Shown here piece after piece: positions 53,326 through 64,000 of a stretch of DNA of 64,000 nucleotides. The DNA comes from Hamiltosporidium tvaerminnensis FI-OER-3-3 (lineage: Eukaryota > Fungi > Microsporidia): contig JAKIMF020000004.1 in NCBI GenBank assembly GCA_022605425.2, positions 1,364,001-1,428,000 on the forward strand, read 5' to 3'. A program made the translations under genes and the position numbers. The notes under the pieces were generated by a model. It was not told the DNA's origin and did not search any database. It worked only from the letters and a program-made list of their open reading frames with translations. Each line of letters starts with the position of its first letter. Position 1 is the first letter of the stretch.

Positions 53326-55015
53326 GCCAAGTTTCGGTTCGGCCGTAAAATTATTAATTTGCGAGATGAGATTAAACCCGGGCTAAATCCGCCATCTTTT
53401 CAGGACTTCGAATACTAAAAGGTTGCATTTTATCGGCCCAAGTGGAGTTAAATAGATTCTACATAAAAATCAAATTTGTAAAACTGTTGTAAAGTCGAGT
53501 TACGGAATTTTATAAATGCTAGAGAATATCTTTTCTTAGAGAAAAATAAACTGTTTTGAAAGAAAGCTTCTTTGAGATATTTTTGAATTTTTTTTATTTT
53601 TAATGTGGAAACTATATAATTCTTTTATAATTGTGTATCTTAAAATCTAATTATTTCGATATAAATACATATTTTTTATTTTGCACAAATAGTGTGTAAT
53701 ATTTTCTAAACTATTTAGGTTTTTTTGCCATAGAGAAGGTCAAATCTGTATTCTTTCAGACTATGCTCAAAAAAATTAACTGTTTTTGTTTTTAGTCTAA
53801 GATAAAATTGTTGGACGATTTTAAATTATCCTGCATATTTCCGAATTAAATCAAATCGAAGAGAAGCTGCTAGGTTTAGTTTAACTTGAAAATTCGAAAA
53901 ATCTTATTTGTAAACAACCAAATGTATGATTTAAAGTAACAGAAAAGCTTTTCATAGCTTTAATTGGTATTTTTTTCGATCTTTTTAAGTAAAATAACAT
54001 TGATCTAACCTAGATTTTATTATGAGCATTCAAATTTAAATTTAATTTAATTAATACCGTTTCACTATTAAATTTATGTTTTCTTATATCATTTAACTCA
54101 ATACTTGAGTTTTACACAATCATAGACACAAAATTTATTCAAGGAAAATAAATCAAACAGTTAAAGAAATCTAAAAAATTTAAAAACATGGAACAAACCG
54201 TTCGTTCAAATTTTATACCAATTTGGTTTCTATAACTCGCAATAAAAAAACAATTTGTATCAAAAAGCATTCCAAAATAACCATCGAAGTTTTGTTTATT
54301 TCTGATAAGAAAAAAACACAAAGAAATTTTGATTTATCTTAAATTTTTGTGTACAAAACCATTCCATAGAGTTTTAATCGTTAAAGATTTGAATTCAAAA
54401 TTTTCAGTTTATTTATATTTTAGATTCATGTTTTACGATGATTTTATATTAAAATTTGTTTTTTAAACTATTATATGATCTAGTCTTGTGCATGTATAAG
54501 TGTTAAGATTCTTTCTTCGTAAAACTCGAAACATTGTTGAGACTATATACCATAAAATTTATCTTAAAAACTTCATACACTAATTGATGTGACATATGGA
54601 TAAATCAATAGTTACTCGAAAGGACAGTTGATCGATATAGTTTGATCCAAGAAGAATATGTGATTTGCGAACAGATGTATGGGAGAGTTTGCATATAGCG
54701 CGAGGGTGTTATACACAAGAAGCCGAAGTTCATAATTAATTAATATCTCTCTAAGCTATCCAAGTAATAAGAAAAAATGTGTTTTAACAACAGAATAATA
54801 AAACCGCATACTAATATTTTGGCATGAAGAAAATACAAATTTATAGCAACCAACAATTACTATAAATAAAGAATTTAATTTATCAAATTATTTTTAATCA
54901 TAAGTTTTAGAAAAAATAATTAACTCTCATCAAATAAATTCTATTTTATTTCCAAAAATATTTTTATTTCTTTATTTTACACAATTTAAAAATTTCCCCA
55001 TTAAACATATTTTAA

Positions 55016-57007
55016 ATGATTAAAAAAAATAAAGAAAAATCTGATATAAGATATGACATAACAATAAGCAAAAATGATACAATAAAAACACCAAATTTTA
55101 GAGATTTAACACCATTAGAATATAAAAAATTGAAACGTATTGATGATGATCAAAAGAAAATATATTCTGTTCATAAAAATTTGCCGGATCAAGAAAAAAA
55201 TTTTACTGAGAAATTATTTTTTAAAGAAGAAATTTATAATCAACCAGAAGGCGTTATAACAGAATTGCTATCTTATCAGAAATATGGTGTTTCATGGATG
55301 AAATCACGCGAAAATTCTATTATTGAAGGTGGAATATTAGCGGATGAAATGGGAATGGGAAAAACTCTACAAATACTTGCTTTAATTGCATTAGATGACT
55401 TGAATGAAAAAACTTTAGTTGTAACACCAGCCGTTGCTCTTAATCAGTGGATTTCTGAAATAGAAAGACATGCTCCGAATATTTTTGAAATATATGTTTA
55501 TCATGGAAAAAATCGCAAAATAATCAATAATTCGGAAAACAAATCCAAAATTCAAATATACTTAACAACATACGGAACAGTAGAAAACGGTTATCGTAAA
55601 AATACAAGCGAACTTTTTAAAATGGAATTCCATCGACTAGTTTTAGATGAAGCCCATTCGATAAAAGATTCCAAATCTTCTACGAATACTGCAGTATCAC
55701 ATATTAGAGCTAAGAAAAGATGGGGACTTACAGGGACACCTGTACAAAACCGAGTAAGTGATTTGTATTCTCTGGTAAAGTTTCTCAAATTAGATCCACA
55801 TTCGTATTATTTTTGTAAGAAATGTCCATGTAAAACTTTATTTTGGTTGAATTATAACATAAAGGATGAAACTAGAAGAAGAGGGTTTTGCACGTGTGGT
55901 CATTTCAGTTCTTTGCATTTTAGTTGGTGGAATAGAAACATTGCAGGACCAATCAAAGACTATGGTTATACAACACAAGGTAAAGAAATTTTCAATAAAC
56001 TTACAAGAATTACATCACATATAATATTAAGAAGAACAAAAGATAATTTAGAAGAAGAATTGGGTTTACCTTCTAAAGTTGTGAGAGTTATAAGAAATTA
56101 TTTTTCAGAAGACGAATTAGAATTTTATACTTCGCTATATTCTCAAAATAAATCTAAATTAATGACTTACGTAATGAAAGGTGAAGTTAGTCATAATTAT
56201 GCAAATATATTCGAATTATTACAAAAAATGAGAATGGCAGTGAATCATCCATTTTTAGTATTAAAAAATAAAATGAATTCAAATATTCCAATATGTGGAT
56301 TTTGTAATGAAGAAGCTGATGATCCAATAATTTCTAAATGTAAACATATCTTTTGTAGAGAAGAAGCAAGAATTTTTCTTCAAGATTCTTCGAAATGTCC
56401 AGTTTGTAAGATAAATATAACGATTGATTTAAATCAGGAAATAGATTTTACTTGTAAAACAGATATCAATACTGACAGATGGGTCAGTTCTACAAAAATT
56501 GAGTGTTTGATTGAAGAATTATTTTTTCAAAAAAATGATCCATCTGTAATCAAAAGTATCGTATTTTCTCAATTCGTTAATTTTTTAGAATTACTTAGAT
56601 GGAGATTAGAAAGAGCAGGGTTTAGATGCGTAAAGATATACGGATCAATGCCTATTTCACAAAGAAAGGCAGCAATAGAAGCTTTCAACACAAACAAAGA
56701 CATTACAATATTTCTTATATCATTAAAAGCAGGAGGTATAGCACTAAATCTTACAGAAGCCACTCGTGTCTATCTCATGGATTTATGGTGGAACCCAGCT
56801 GTTGAAGAACAAGCAATGGATAGAATACACAGAATAGGACAAAACAAACCAATAATCATGAATCGAATAATTATAGAAAATTCTATTGAATCCAAGATAC
56901 TTCTCTTACAAAATAAGAAAAAAGCTCTCTCAGCTTCAGCAATAGATAATGATATAACAGCACTGAATAGACTTTCAGAAGAAGATTTGATGTTTCTTTT
57001 TTCTTAA
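55016..57007 (+). CDS. RAD16: DNA repair protein Rad16 (SNF2 ATPase with embedded RING finger)
   Basis: GGILADEMGMGKT, DEAH, PHSYYFCKKCPC insert, CGFC..CKHIFC..CPVC RING, LLRWRLERAG, WWNPAVEEQAMDRIHRIGQ. Confidence 0.95.
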   Translation: MIKKNKEKSDIRYDITISKNDTIKTPNFRDLTPLEYKKLKRIDDDQKKIYSVHKNLPDQEKNFTEKLFFKEEIYNQPEGVITELLSYQKYGVSWMKSRENSIIEGGILADEMGMGKTLQILALIALDDLNEKTLVVTPAVALNQWISEIERHAPNIFEIYVYHGKNRKIINNSENKSKIQIYLTTYGTVENGYRKNTSELFKMEFHRLVLDEAHSIKDSKSSTNTAVSHIRAKKRWGLTGTPVQNRVSDLYSLVKFLKLDPHSYYFCKKCPCKTLFWLNYNIKDETRRRGFCTCGHFSSLHFSWWNRNIAGPIKDYGYTTQGKEIFNKLTRITSHIILRRTKDNLEEELGLPSKVVRVIRNYFSEDELEFYTSLYSQNKSKLMTYVMKGEVSHNYANIFELLQKMRMAVNHPFLVLKNKMNSNIPICGFCNEEADDPIISKCKHIFCREEARIFLQDSSKCPVCKINITIDLNQEIDFTCKTDINTDRWVSSTKIECLIEELFFQKNDPSVIKSIVFSQFVNFLELLRWRLERAGFRCVKIYGSMPISQRKAAIEAFNTNKDITIFLISLKAGGIALNLTEATRVYLMDLWWNPAVEEQAMDRIHRIGQNKPIIMNRIIIENSIESKILLLQNKKKALSASAIDNDITALNRLSEEDLMFLFS

Positions 57008-57687
57008 ATTTTTAGTATTTTGTTCATTAAAACTTTTATTTAAATAAATTTTTAAATTTTCCAATTTTTTCTCAATAAAAATACTTAAATTCAATTTTTA
57101 TTTGAAATACGCCTTTTAAAACTCCTAAGTTTAATCAAAATTTATAGATCGTATTTCTAAGTCCAAAAAATTATATTCTCACTATTTATTATAAAAATCC
57201 ATTTGTCTCATCTGATAGATATTTACTATTTGTATGGATAGTCAGTCGCTTCTCTGCTTGAATATGTTTAAAATATTTTTTGCTCATAGATTTAATAATT
57301 TTTAAAATTATTTCTTAACTCATGATTTAATCTTTTCAAATAAAGAATTCTTAATTTTGAATGAATTTTATTGTCCAAAAATAAAACAAGAATCGAAATA
57401 AATATAATTTTAATAAAATTCATATTAAAAAACACTTTTCTTCTCTTTTATAGATTCTTATCTACAATTTTAATAAAAAAAACGGAAATAAAATCGTAAG
57501 TAATTTCAATTTAATAAACAATTTGAATTTATTTTATAAAATCTTAGGTGATTTTATTCATTTTTATAAAATAAACATTTGAAACAAGTATTTTATAAAA
57601 AATAGAAATTAAATTTAAACTTTTAATTCTCATTTCAACATTACAATCCACAATAAAAACAATTAAATTTAATGATGTCTTTATATT

Positions 57688-60570
57688 TTATGCTCTCTTT
57701 TTACGATAAACTAAAAACTCGTCAATATCATTAAATTTACGATTATCAAATTCAAGTTGTTCAAATAAATTAATAAATTCTTCTTTTAAAATTTTATTTG
57801 GTCCAATATATGCAAACACAACCTTTCCTGGATATTTTCTACTAAAATAAAAACAATAATGCACTTTTACACCATCAAAAGAATCTTTTAGATATTTTTG
57901 TGCATCAAATTCGTTATCAAAATATTTATCATGCTCTTGAATCATTTTAGAATTAAATAATAAACTTTTTATAAAAGTTGACAATATTTCATCTAATTCA
58001 TCATATTTTTTACCCAATAATATGTAAAAAATTTTGTTATTTTCAATAATTTCATCAACTCGTAAATGTATAAAAACATCTTTAAATATTTTTAAAGTAA
58101 TTACTGCATAATTACCACGACTACTTTTTCTTATAATAAGTGGTTTTTTTTCATCAATTAAATATTTTTCTGCTTCTTTTGCATTTAAATTTTTAAAGAG
58201 AGAATGTTCTATGAATTTTAAACGTTCTACTTTTTTTATTTCTTCAACAAACAAACTACCTTTGAAAGATAAAGTAGAACAATTTATATCTTCAATTTTT
58301 ACTTTTAAAAATTGATTTACAAAGACTTCATTTGATTTTGATGCAAAAACAGAAAAATTATTGTTTTCTGTTACAACACTTACAATACAAAAAGCATCTC
58401 CTACTTTAACTACTCTTCCTTCAAATATTTTATTGATTAATTTTTCATGTAACGGAAATAAATTATTAAATATTAAAATATCTGGTGATCCTTCAAAAAT
58501 AGGTCTTTTTGGTTCTAAAATACATTCAGATATATAAAACATTGCTCTTGATGTTGTATCATCTGTATTGACATGTGCGAGTCCCCAATCCAAAACTTCT
58601 TTTTTATCTTCAACAAATTTTTTAAGAGATATTTGAGTCTGTTTATCATCAATTTCTTGTTCTTTTAATAAATTTGTACAAAATATTTTGGCGTAACTAT
58701 AATTTGTGGGATGAATTGACAAAGAATCTATGATATCAGATACATTTTCTGTATCGAACTCATGTAAATCAGGAAAAATTCTAAAATATGTTGAAATGTT
58801 TTTAAATTCAACCGAATTAAAAATCTTTTTATCATCTAAAACACTCAATTTTTCAATGAATCCGTTTTCATTTGTAAATTTTAAAAACTTAGAAGTTTTT
58901 TTAGGGCCAAGTATTGTTTCTAATAAAAAATGACAATTTTTATTTTCAATTACTAAATTAATATCAATTCCTACGATGCTTATTGCTGTAAGTAATCCTC
59001 TAATCACCTGTTTTTTAATTTCATCATTATTTAAATAATTTTGATTTTTTACAAATTCACAAAATAAATTTGATTTCAACATTTTCATTATTAAAATTTC
59101 AGGATATAAAATTCTTAAACCGATATTGTAACAAAAATTTGAGGTATCAGATGAAAGTATTTTAAAAATATCATTTTCTACGAGAATAATATTTGCATCT
59201 GGAATGATTTCTTTTAATCTAAAAAATATATTTTTTATATTATAATCTGAACCAGAAACCCCGATACAAATAGGCGCGTATTTTTCATATAATTCTAACC
59301 AATCTTGGTTTTGATTCATTCCAAGTGTTTTGGATTCAACCGATTCTCCTTTATGATTTACTACAGATACTTTTACATTTTTAAAATCATTAGAAACACC
59401 AAAAACGTGCTGCTGGTATTTTGGTCTTTCTATTCCACCATTAATAATTCTGTCAATGACATTTACAAATAAATTTTTTTTAATTTTAGTTTTTATTTCA
59501 TCTATAAAATATGATTTGATTATTTCTTTTATATCAATTTTTTTAATTACATCTGATATTATTTCCTTTCTTAATTTATTCCATTGATCTTCTGTACCAA
59601 TACAATAGAATTTGGATATTTCATTTAATAAATTTTCAAAATCGTATTCTATTAAAACATCAGAATCATTTATTTTCGCAATATCTAAGTTATGTATTAA
59701 ATCCTCATCAAACTTTCCATTTTTCAAACAATATTCCAGAATAAATGGTTGAAATATTGGTAAAATAGATAATCTTTCAGAATGGTAATTTTTAAAATAT
59801 TCTTTAGAAATTCCTTTGGTTTTTAAAAATAAGTCCAACGGAATATTTTCACTTTGTATTTCATTTATTTTTTCTTTGTTCAAAAGATTTTCAAAAAAAT
59901 CATTTGGTGACAAAATTAAATCGGTTTCACAGCACGGATCATAAAAACGAGACAATTTTTCTTTTAAAAAAATATATTTCGAAAAATCTCTGACTTCATT
60001 TAATTTAGTAAATTTATTCAAATTTCTTAATTCATCGGCATTAACCTTTGAAAGAAGCATATTTTTTATTTTTATAAATTCTTTAAATTCATTGTACAAA
60101 TCAATTATTTCATAAGCTTCTTCGATTCCAAATTTTACTCCTAAACTATGAAAGAGAATATAATGAACAAAATCATTTTCTAAGAGACTTTGAATAAAGA
60201 AATCCAATTCCTTTTTTGGATATTCCTTTCTGATTTGTATCCATTGTACAATTTCTTCTAAATCAAAATGCTCCTGTATTTCAACACTACTCTCAGAAGA
60301 ACTTTCACTAACATTTTTTTCGGCACTAATTTCTTCGTTCTCCTCTAAAACATACATATATTCATCTCCTGTACCAAATATTTCATAAAAAATTGTATTC
60401 ATCTCTTCTTTGTCATACTCTGCATACTCTATTTGATCATCTTCTACAAAATCTGTAATATCTTCTTCATCTTCATTAAATAAATTTTCCAAATCTTTTT
60501 TTTCTGTTTTTAAATGCTTTTTAGACATTCTTCTTCGATTAAATATTTGTTCTTCTGATGAATCACTCAT
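57688..60570 (-). CDS. SPT6: Transcription elongation factor / histone chaperone Spt6
   Basis: Acidic N-terminus with EIFGTGDEY; VGIDIN..LGPKK HhH region; IHPTNY; S1-like domain; tandem SH2-like tail (IIRKSSRG, SRKYPGK). MSDSSEE at 60570 is the likely start. Confidence 0.87.
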   Translation of the reverse strand: MSDSSEEQIFNRRRMSKKHLKTEKKDLENLFNEDEEDITDFVEDDQIEYAEYDKEEMNTIFYEIFGTGDEYMYVLEENEEISAEKNVSESSSESSVEIQEHFDLEEIVQWIQIRKEYPKKELDFFIQSLLENDFVHYILFHSLGVKFGIEEAYEIIDLYNEFKEFIKIKNMLLSKVNADELRNLNKFTKLNEVRDFSKYIFLKEKLSRFYDPCCETDLILSPNDFFENLLNKEKINEIQSENIPLDLFLKTKGISKEYFKNYHSERLSILPIFQPFILEYCLKNGKFDEDLIHNLDIAKINDSDVLIEYDFENLLNEISKFYCIGTEDQWNKLRKEIISDVIKKIDIKEIIKSYFIDEIKTKIKKNLFVNVIDRIINGGIERPKYQQHVFGVSNDFKNVKVSVVNHKGESVESKTLGMNQNQDWLELYEKYAPICIGVSGSDYNIKNIFFRLKEIIPDANIILVENDIFKILSSDTSNFCYNIGLRILYPEILIMKMLKSNLFCEFVKNQNYLNNDEIKKQVIRGLLTAISIVGIDINLVIENKNCHFLLETILGPKKTSKFLKFTNENGFIEKLSVLDDKKIFNSVEFKNISTYFRIFPDLHEFDTENVSDIIDSLSIHPTNYSYAKIFCTNLLKEQEIDDKQTQISLKKFVEDKKEVLDWGLAHVNTDDTTSRAMFYISECILEPKRPIFEGSPDILIFNNLFPLHEKLINKIFEGRVVKVGDAFCIVSVVTENNNFSVFASKSNEVFVNQFLKVKIEDINCSTLSFKGSLFVEEIKKVERLKFIEHSLFKNLNAKEAEKYLIDEKKPLIIRKSSRGNYAVITLKIFKDVFIHLRVDEIIENNKIFYILLGKKYDELDEILSTFIKSLLFNSKMIQEHDKYFDNEFDAQKYLKDSFDGVKVHYCFYFSRKYPGKVVFAYIGPNKILKEEFINLFEQLEFDNRKFNDIDEFLVYRKKRA

Positions 60571-61249
60571 GCATGGATAATTTTTTTTTAATAAAAAAGC
60601 AAGGAATTTTTTTGAAAAAAAAATTAAAATCAAATATTAAGGAATATGAAAAAATAGTGTAAAAAAATGGTTGGTTTTTTATAAAAATGAATTAAAAATT
60701 TAAAATATTGAGAAACAATCAGCTTAAAACTTAAATCTTCAAATCTAAATTTTATAAACAAGATTTCTTCTATTAAATTTAGTGTTAATATAATCTATGA
60801 TTATTTAGTATTTATACCTCTTTTTTAGTCTATTATAGTGTAATTTTTTGTTTACTTTTTGTTCAAACACATTATAAAGTTTAATAATCAGATTTTCAGT
60901 TGCTTAAGATTCTCTTATTCACTAGAATGCTCTAGTTAAGGTGCAAATTTCTCGTTTTTTCGCTCTTTTTTTTAAATCCGTGAATGGTTCTTTTCTAATT
61001 TCAACCCGTTTTATTTTAATTTTAAACTCATTGGCAATTAACAGATAAATAATTGCCGGTAATATCGATTAAGCTTATATTTTATTAAGATTGAAATTCA
61101 AAGTTCTTTATGATATATCTTGTAATATATATTATCGCTTTGGTTCACTAATTGAGAAATGTCTTTCATTTTTCTTGTGTTATAATCCAAGTTTTGCCCG
61201 AAAAGCAAACATTTCAAACTTTTTTTATTTATAAAATCTTAAGTGTTGT

Positions 61250-62263
61250 GGGACCGAACGCACCTTTATAGTACCAAATTCGCTTTAAAAACAAAATTTT
61301 AAAAAATTACCATTAAATTTATATTTATAACTTTACAATCCTAATTTACTAACATTTTATAACACTAATCAATAAATTAAATTAAATATAATTATAACTT
61401 TGAGAAATGAATATTTCTAACAGCTTTTTAAGAGCCAGACAATCTTGGCATTACACCTAATAATCCATTTTCTCTTTTTACAACAGCAAATAATAAAAGC
61501 CACCAATTTTTTTTTCTCACTTCGCCGGTGATTTGGAATAAACTTCTTAAATGAAGACCAATTTCTCTCAATCGTGTGGGTATGAACACCGGAGATTGCA
61601 TCAATAACACCGCGCGAGTGATTTACCGTTTTGTGATCAAAATATATTCTCAAATCCCTATAACCTTTCCAACAGTCTGTATAGATTATACCACCTGGCT
61701 TCACAAGTTGTAATATTATTGGGATAGGGGTTTCTTTGGTTCTATCCAAGATGGGTAGCAACATTATTTAAAGAGCTGATATTCTTTCAACTAACTCAAA
61801 CTTTATTGTACTTTCGTTTACTAAATTTGGATGCAATAATTTCTACAATGATTTCATTGTCTCAAATATATTCTTTTGATGCAATAAAATTACATTTGGC
61901 TTTAGCATTCATTGTTTTAACTAATGGCTTTAATCCCTTTTTAGAATATCCGGTGCAGAAGATATTGTTCTCATTTTGTATTATTAAGTAAACCACAAAT
62001 TTTTTTATAGTTGTCAAGCAAAGTACCTCTAAAACCAGGAACTTTCTTTTTACATGTAGACCATGTAAAAATTAAAAAGAATGATGATCTTGAAAAGAAA
62101 CTTGTTAAAGAAATAAAAGCACTGCATTTTGGTGCTTAAAGAATTAATATATGGCAGTTAAACCAATTACTAAATTTATTGAGACCAAACTCATCTAAAG
62201 GAGTAATTTTTTTAAATTTTTGTTTTTAAAGCGAATTTGGTACCTTAAAGGTAACTTCCACCC
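61250..62263 (-). mobile_element. Merlin (IS1016/IS1595-like) DNA transposon, degenerate
   Basis: GG..CC termini; ~50-bp inverted repeats (GTACCAAATTCGCTTTAAAAACAAAA); 8-9-bp TSD AGTGTTGT(G) at 61242 and 62264; transposase motifs TDCWKGY, VNHS, HTHTIERNW (61417-61764). Confidence 0.93.
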
Positions 62264-62329
62264 AGTGTTGTGTTTAGGAATCCTTATTTTAATAATAAAA
62301 TTTCATTTTATTTCAGATAAATTAGGTAA

Positions 62330-63050
62330 AGGAAGGATAATCAAATAAAAAACTTTCTGCTTGGCAATGAGTGTGTGAAACTGGTGTGAAAATCATTTTT
62401 TGAATTTTTGGTGGGAATAAAACCACACTAAATCTTCGGTTGTTTCATGGAAGTTTATGAGGAGGAGAGGTCTACAAAATGACAAAACTTTTTCTAAAAA
62501 TTTATTTGTAGTTTTTTATGTAACCAGATTGCAGACCACAGCTGAAAATCTAAGTAATTGCCATGTAAAAACATTGAAACCTAACATTGCTCACTCGAGT
62601 TAGAAGACTTAGCGCCTGGGAGATATAAAAATAAAAACCATTAAAAGCCGGGAGAGCTAAATAGCAGGTTATACCTGTTGGTATGAAATTGCACTGTCTA
62701 GGTGGACCCTAAGTAAATCTCTGGAATATATCTTAACTAGATTTTTATTGGGTTCAGAAAGCGTAGAGTAAGTGGGAATTTTGCATAGTCTCGAAGGAGC
62801 CCGGGGGGCTTTAGCCTTTGATCACACTCCATGCAGCGGACATTAACGAACTCCGAACAACTGCCTCGCCTATTAATTAGGTTCTATACACCTGGTAAAT
62901 GAAAGGCTTTGGGACGTAGGTATCGCAGGGGTTACCGATGGAGTGTTGGAATAGCAGTTATTTATGTTAAACCTAGAAATGCGTTAATGTCTTGAAAAAA
63001 AATATAACACTTGCCACTATTGTAAAAATATGTGATATTTTTAAATAAAG
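62330..63050 (+). mobile_element. Dispersed non-coding element, long form, copy C
   Basis: Colinear with 29940-30664 over the full length. Confidence 0.8.
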
Positions 63051-63665
63051 TTTTTATAATTTTTAAAAAACTATTGTTATAAACGTACTCCATAAATACT
63101 CATCATTAGAAACTAATTAGTACCTATGTTTGGCCTTTCTAATAAAATATTTTTCCAAAAATATTCATTAAAATTCTAAAAATCATTTTTATTCCATTTG
63201 ATTTTTTTTAATAGAAAAATATAAAAATGCAATAGTTTTTTTCTTTAAAGAAATACTTTTAGTTTAGAAAGAATTAAAAATATTTTGTAAAGTATTCCTC
63301 GCTAAATAATCTAGGACACCACTTATTATAAAAAGGCTCTATTTATTAAGTGTATATAAATTAATTTGTAATTAAAATATCAAATTTACAGTTTTATTTC
63401 TAAAAAAATGAAAGATTTATGTTTTAAAGAAAATAATTCTAAAGAACTCTTCTCTTAAATTTTTTTCAAAATAAAATTGTAAAATCGTGGAATCAAAAAA
63501 TATCAAAAACTCATAGATTTAGATTAAAAACGATATTTTAAAAATTCAGTTAAATTTAATTTAAATAGAAAACGTGTAAGAAAAAAATAGAAACCCCAAA
63601 TAAATTAAAAAACGATATTTTTAATAAATTACTTTACAACCGAAATATAATTAATAATTACAAAC

Positions 63666-63902
63666 TTAACCAGAATCTTCGTCGGTACTTTCAGTAGTCG
63701 AAAAAGAATCAAACTCAACATTATTTAAAAACTCTACATCAGTCTCTTCTTTTCTATTATACGGTGTCTTCGGCTCTTCTATCTCCTTAAAAGAACACTC
63801 ATTAAAATATTTTTCATTAGCCTCTAAATTTTCTTCTAGAAAAGTTACTTTTTTATTTTTATTTTTTTTATTCCTCGAATTTTCTTCTTCCTGTTTTTCC
63901 AT
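63666..63902 (-). CDS. Protein phosphatase 1 inhibitor-2 (Glc8/PPP1R2)-like miniprotein
   Basis: KVTFLEENL..IEEPKTPY matches the I-2 IDEPKTPY motif; CCCC immediately upstream. Confidence 0.75.
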   Translation of the reverse strand: MEKQEEENSRNKKNKNKKVTFLEENLEANEKYFNECSFKEIEEPKTPYNRKEETDVEFLNNVEFDSFSTTESTDEDSG

Positions 63903-64000
63903 GTGGGGTTGTACAAATATTAAAAAACAAAAACTTTTTAAAAAAAATATTTTGGTTTTAGTATTAATATTTGAGAATTGAGAATTGAGAATACAAAATT

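Noticed and set aside
53326-53450. tRNA-like fragment (TTCGAAT)
   Set aside because: No cloverleaf could be built

Overview
Very AT-rich eukaryotic DNA with compact, intron-free housekeeping genes, most preceded by a CCC/GGG motif just upstream of the ATG. This is the signature of a large-genome microsporidian; Hamiltosporidium is my best guess and is unverified. Recognisable genes are DCP2, an SNF2/STH1-type remodeller, a FYV7/TAP26-like protein, an LRR protein, TAD2, a large secreted/anchored protein, NOC4, RPT2, TAF10, a FYRN/FYRC protein, RAD16, SPT6 and a miniature PP1 inhibitor-2. Long spacers are filled with mobile DNA: two full-length RLE-type (R4/Dong-like) non-LTR retrotransposons plus a 51-bp 3' stub and relics, a Merlin transposon, a TIR element flanked by TA, and five copies of a non-coding family sharing a ~100-bp head. 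Four unexplained patterns stand out. (1) In the first ~14 kb, genes and spacers are inflated by 'bipolar' tracts, always G-rich then C-rich, the larger ones built on the quasi-palindrome TAACA-CCC/GGG-TGTTA. (2) A modular, apparently structured SINE-like/ncRNA family. (3) A retrotransposon whose target-site duplications show it begins at its own ATG. (4) Recurrent 69-81 bp tandem duplications, mostly at gene edges. Several frameshifts are probably consensus errors.
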